The notes beneath the pieces are model-generated. The model was not told where the DNA came from, ran no database searches, and saw nothing but the letters and a program-made list of their open reading frames with translations. Shown here piece by piece: positions 25,593 to 26,835 of a stretch of 26,835 nt of DNA. The stretch comes from an uncultured bacterium (GTDB taxonomy: Bacteria > Lernaellota > Lernaellaia > Lernaellales > Lernaellaceae), in contig CAZHPN010000072.1 in assembly GCA_964534375.1 (NCBI GenBank), forward strand, positions 1 to 26,835. Reading direction: 5' to 3'. Every line of letters starts with the position of its first letter. The stretch's first letter is position 1. The translations under genes were made by a program, and so were the position numbers.

Positions 25593-26318
25593 CTACTTGC
25601 CGACGCCGGCCGGCGCGTGTTTTTTCTCGATTTCCGACCCGATGGCCTCTTTGTCGTACAACCGTTGGCCGACCGGGACCTTGTACCCCACGCGTTTGCG
25701 CATCAGCGAGCCGACCGGGCACATCTGGATCGCCTTGTCGGCGACCGCCGCGTCGGTGTCCGCCAGATCGGCCGTCGCGTTCACGGCGACCCGTTTGGCG
25801 TGCCCGCGGCCGACGAAATCGAAGACGTGCTTGCCGTCGAGCTGCTGCGACCCGCGCACGCAACGGGCGCAGAGGATGCAGCGGTTGCGGTCGACCCAGA
25901 TGTCCGGGTGCGTCATGTCGATTTCGCGCTTCGGGTCTTGATACGGGAATTGCGGCGACAGGATGCCCAGGCGGTACGCCATCGCCTGCAATTCGCAGTT
26001 GCCGCTCTTTTCGCAGAGCGGGCAGAAGTGATTGCCCTCGACGAACAGCATATCGACGATCGCCCGGCGGATGCTGCGCATCTTTTCGGTGTCGTTTTCG
26101 ATGATCACGCCCGGCGCCACCGGCTGGGTGCACGCGGCCTGCGGCCGGCCGTTGACCAGCACCGTGCACACGCGGCAACTGCCGTGCGGGGTCAACTCGG
26201 GATGGGAGCAGAGGCGGGGCACGTAGATGCCGGCCGCTTCCGCCGCTTTCAGGATCGTCTGGCCCGGCTTGGCCGGAACCTCAGCCCCGTCGATGATAAT
26301 GGTGATCGTGTCGCTCAT
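25593..26318 (-). CDS. hoxU: NAD-reducing hydrogenase diaphorase Fe-S subunit
   Basis: 2Fe-2S PRLC..GSCRVC..AAC, HFCPLC..C, CILCARC, MCPVG. Confidence 0.93.
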   Translation of the reverse strand: MSDTITIIIDGAEVPAKPGQTILKAAEAAGIYVPRLCSHPELTPHGSCRVCTVLVNGRPQAACTQPVAPGVIIENDTEKMRSIRRAIVDMLFVEGNHFCPLCEKSGNCELQAMAYRLGILSPQFPYQDPKREIDMTHPDIWVDRNRCILCARCVRGSQQLDGKHVFDFVGRGHAKRVAVNATADLADTDAAVADKAIQMCPVGSLMRKRVGYKVPVGQRLYDKEAIGSEIEKKHAPAGVGK

Positions 26319-26329
26319 CTTGCAGCCCT

Positions 26330-26835
26330 CTACTCGTGAAACTGGACCGACTTGCGGCCCTGAATCGCCTCGGAGGTCTTCACCGCGTCGGCGAGATGGA
26401 ACGTCGGCCGGAGGCCGTCGATGCGCTCTTTGATGCAGGCCTCGTAGGCGCCGCGGAAATTCTTCAGCGTCGTGAGCACCGGATTCGCGGAGGTCTGGCC
26501 GAGGCCGCAGCGGCTGGCGATCTTGACCGTCTCGCCCAGCTTCTGCAGGTAATCCAGGTCTTCCGGTTGGCCCTCGCCGGCGCGGATCTGGTGCAGGCGC
26601 TGCTGGAGCAGGCGATTGCCGACCCGGCACGGGGTGCAGTAGCCGCAGCTTTCGTGAATGAAGAATTTCATGAACGATTCGGCGATCTCGAGCACGCCGC
26701 GGTTCGGCCCGAAGATCATCATCGAGCCGCCGGTCGCCAAGTGATCGAAGCAGATGATGCGATCGAAATCGGCCTCGCCGACCATCTGGCCCGAGGGGCC
26801 GCCCACCTGCACCGCCACCGCATCCGGCGCGCCGA
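26330..26835 (-). CDS. hoxF: Diaphorase flavoprotein subunit (NuoF-like), 3' part only; 5' end outside the window
   Basis: VQVGGPSG, HESCGYCTPCRVG, SRCGLG 4Fe-4S motif; position directly upstream of hoxU. Confidence 0.9.
   Translation of the reverse strand, partial: GAPDAVAVQVGGPSGQMVGEADFDRIICFDHLATGGSMMIFGPNRGVLEIAESFMKFFIHESCGYCTPCRVGNRLLQQRLHQIRAGEGQPEDLDYLQKLGETVKIASRCGLGQTSANPVLTTLKNFRGAYEACIKERIDGLRPTFHLADAVKTSEAIQGRKSVQFHE

Noticed and set aside
23355..26339. Long alternative-frame ORFs over the hox genes (23355..25169, 23617..25542, 25218..26339)
   Set aside because: Typical high-GC shadow ORFs with no recognisable motifs, overlapping well-supported genes

Overview
High-GC bacterial chromosomal window. 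From left to right it holds: (1) a MacAB/LolCDE-type ABC exporter operon (secreted hypothetical, RND-type adaptor, ATPase, two permeases), interrupted by a four-helix-bundle gene embedded in heptamer repeat arrays and containing a GTAG-REP doublet; (2) a class IV (D-amino-acid type) aminotransferase; (3) three Asp-rich lipoproteins, two of which are a tandem duplication of promoter, signal peptide, TlpA-like redoxin and terminator with different central domains; (4) an orphan 7TM-DISM/PAS histidine kinase; (5) housekeeping genes (membrane protein, lipB, GT2 glycosyltransferase, HhH-GPD glycosylase, small Zn-binding protein); (6) a group 3d NAD-reducing [NiFe]-hydrogenase cluster, hoxF(partial)UYH-hoxW-response regulator, then a DUF1566 lipoprotein, then short hypF and hypCDEAB. 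The best novelty candidates are inverted heptamer-array elements that start on a gene's stop codon (one with a four-helix-bundle gene, one empty) and a modular Asp-linker lipoprotein family sharing an unnamed Cys-rich module. No CRISPR array, rRNA, tRNA, transposase, integrase or reverse transcriptase was recognised. All family assignments are from motif recognition by eye; no searches were run.
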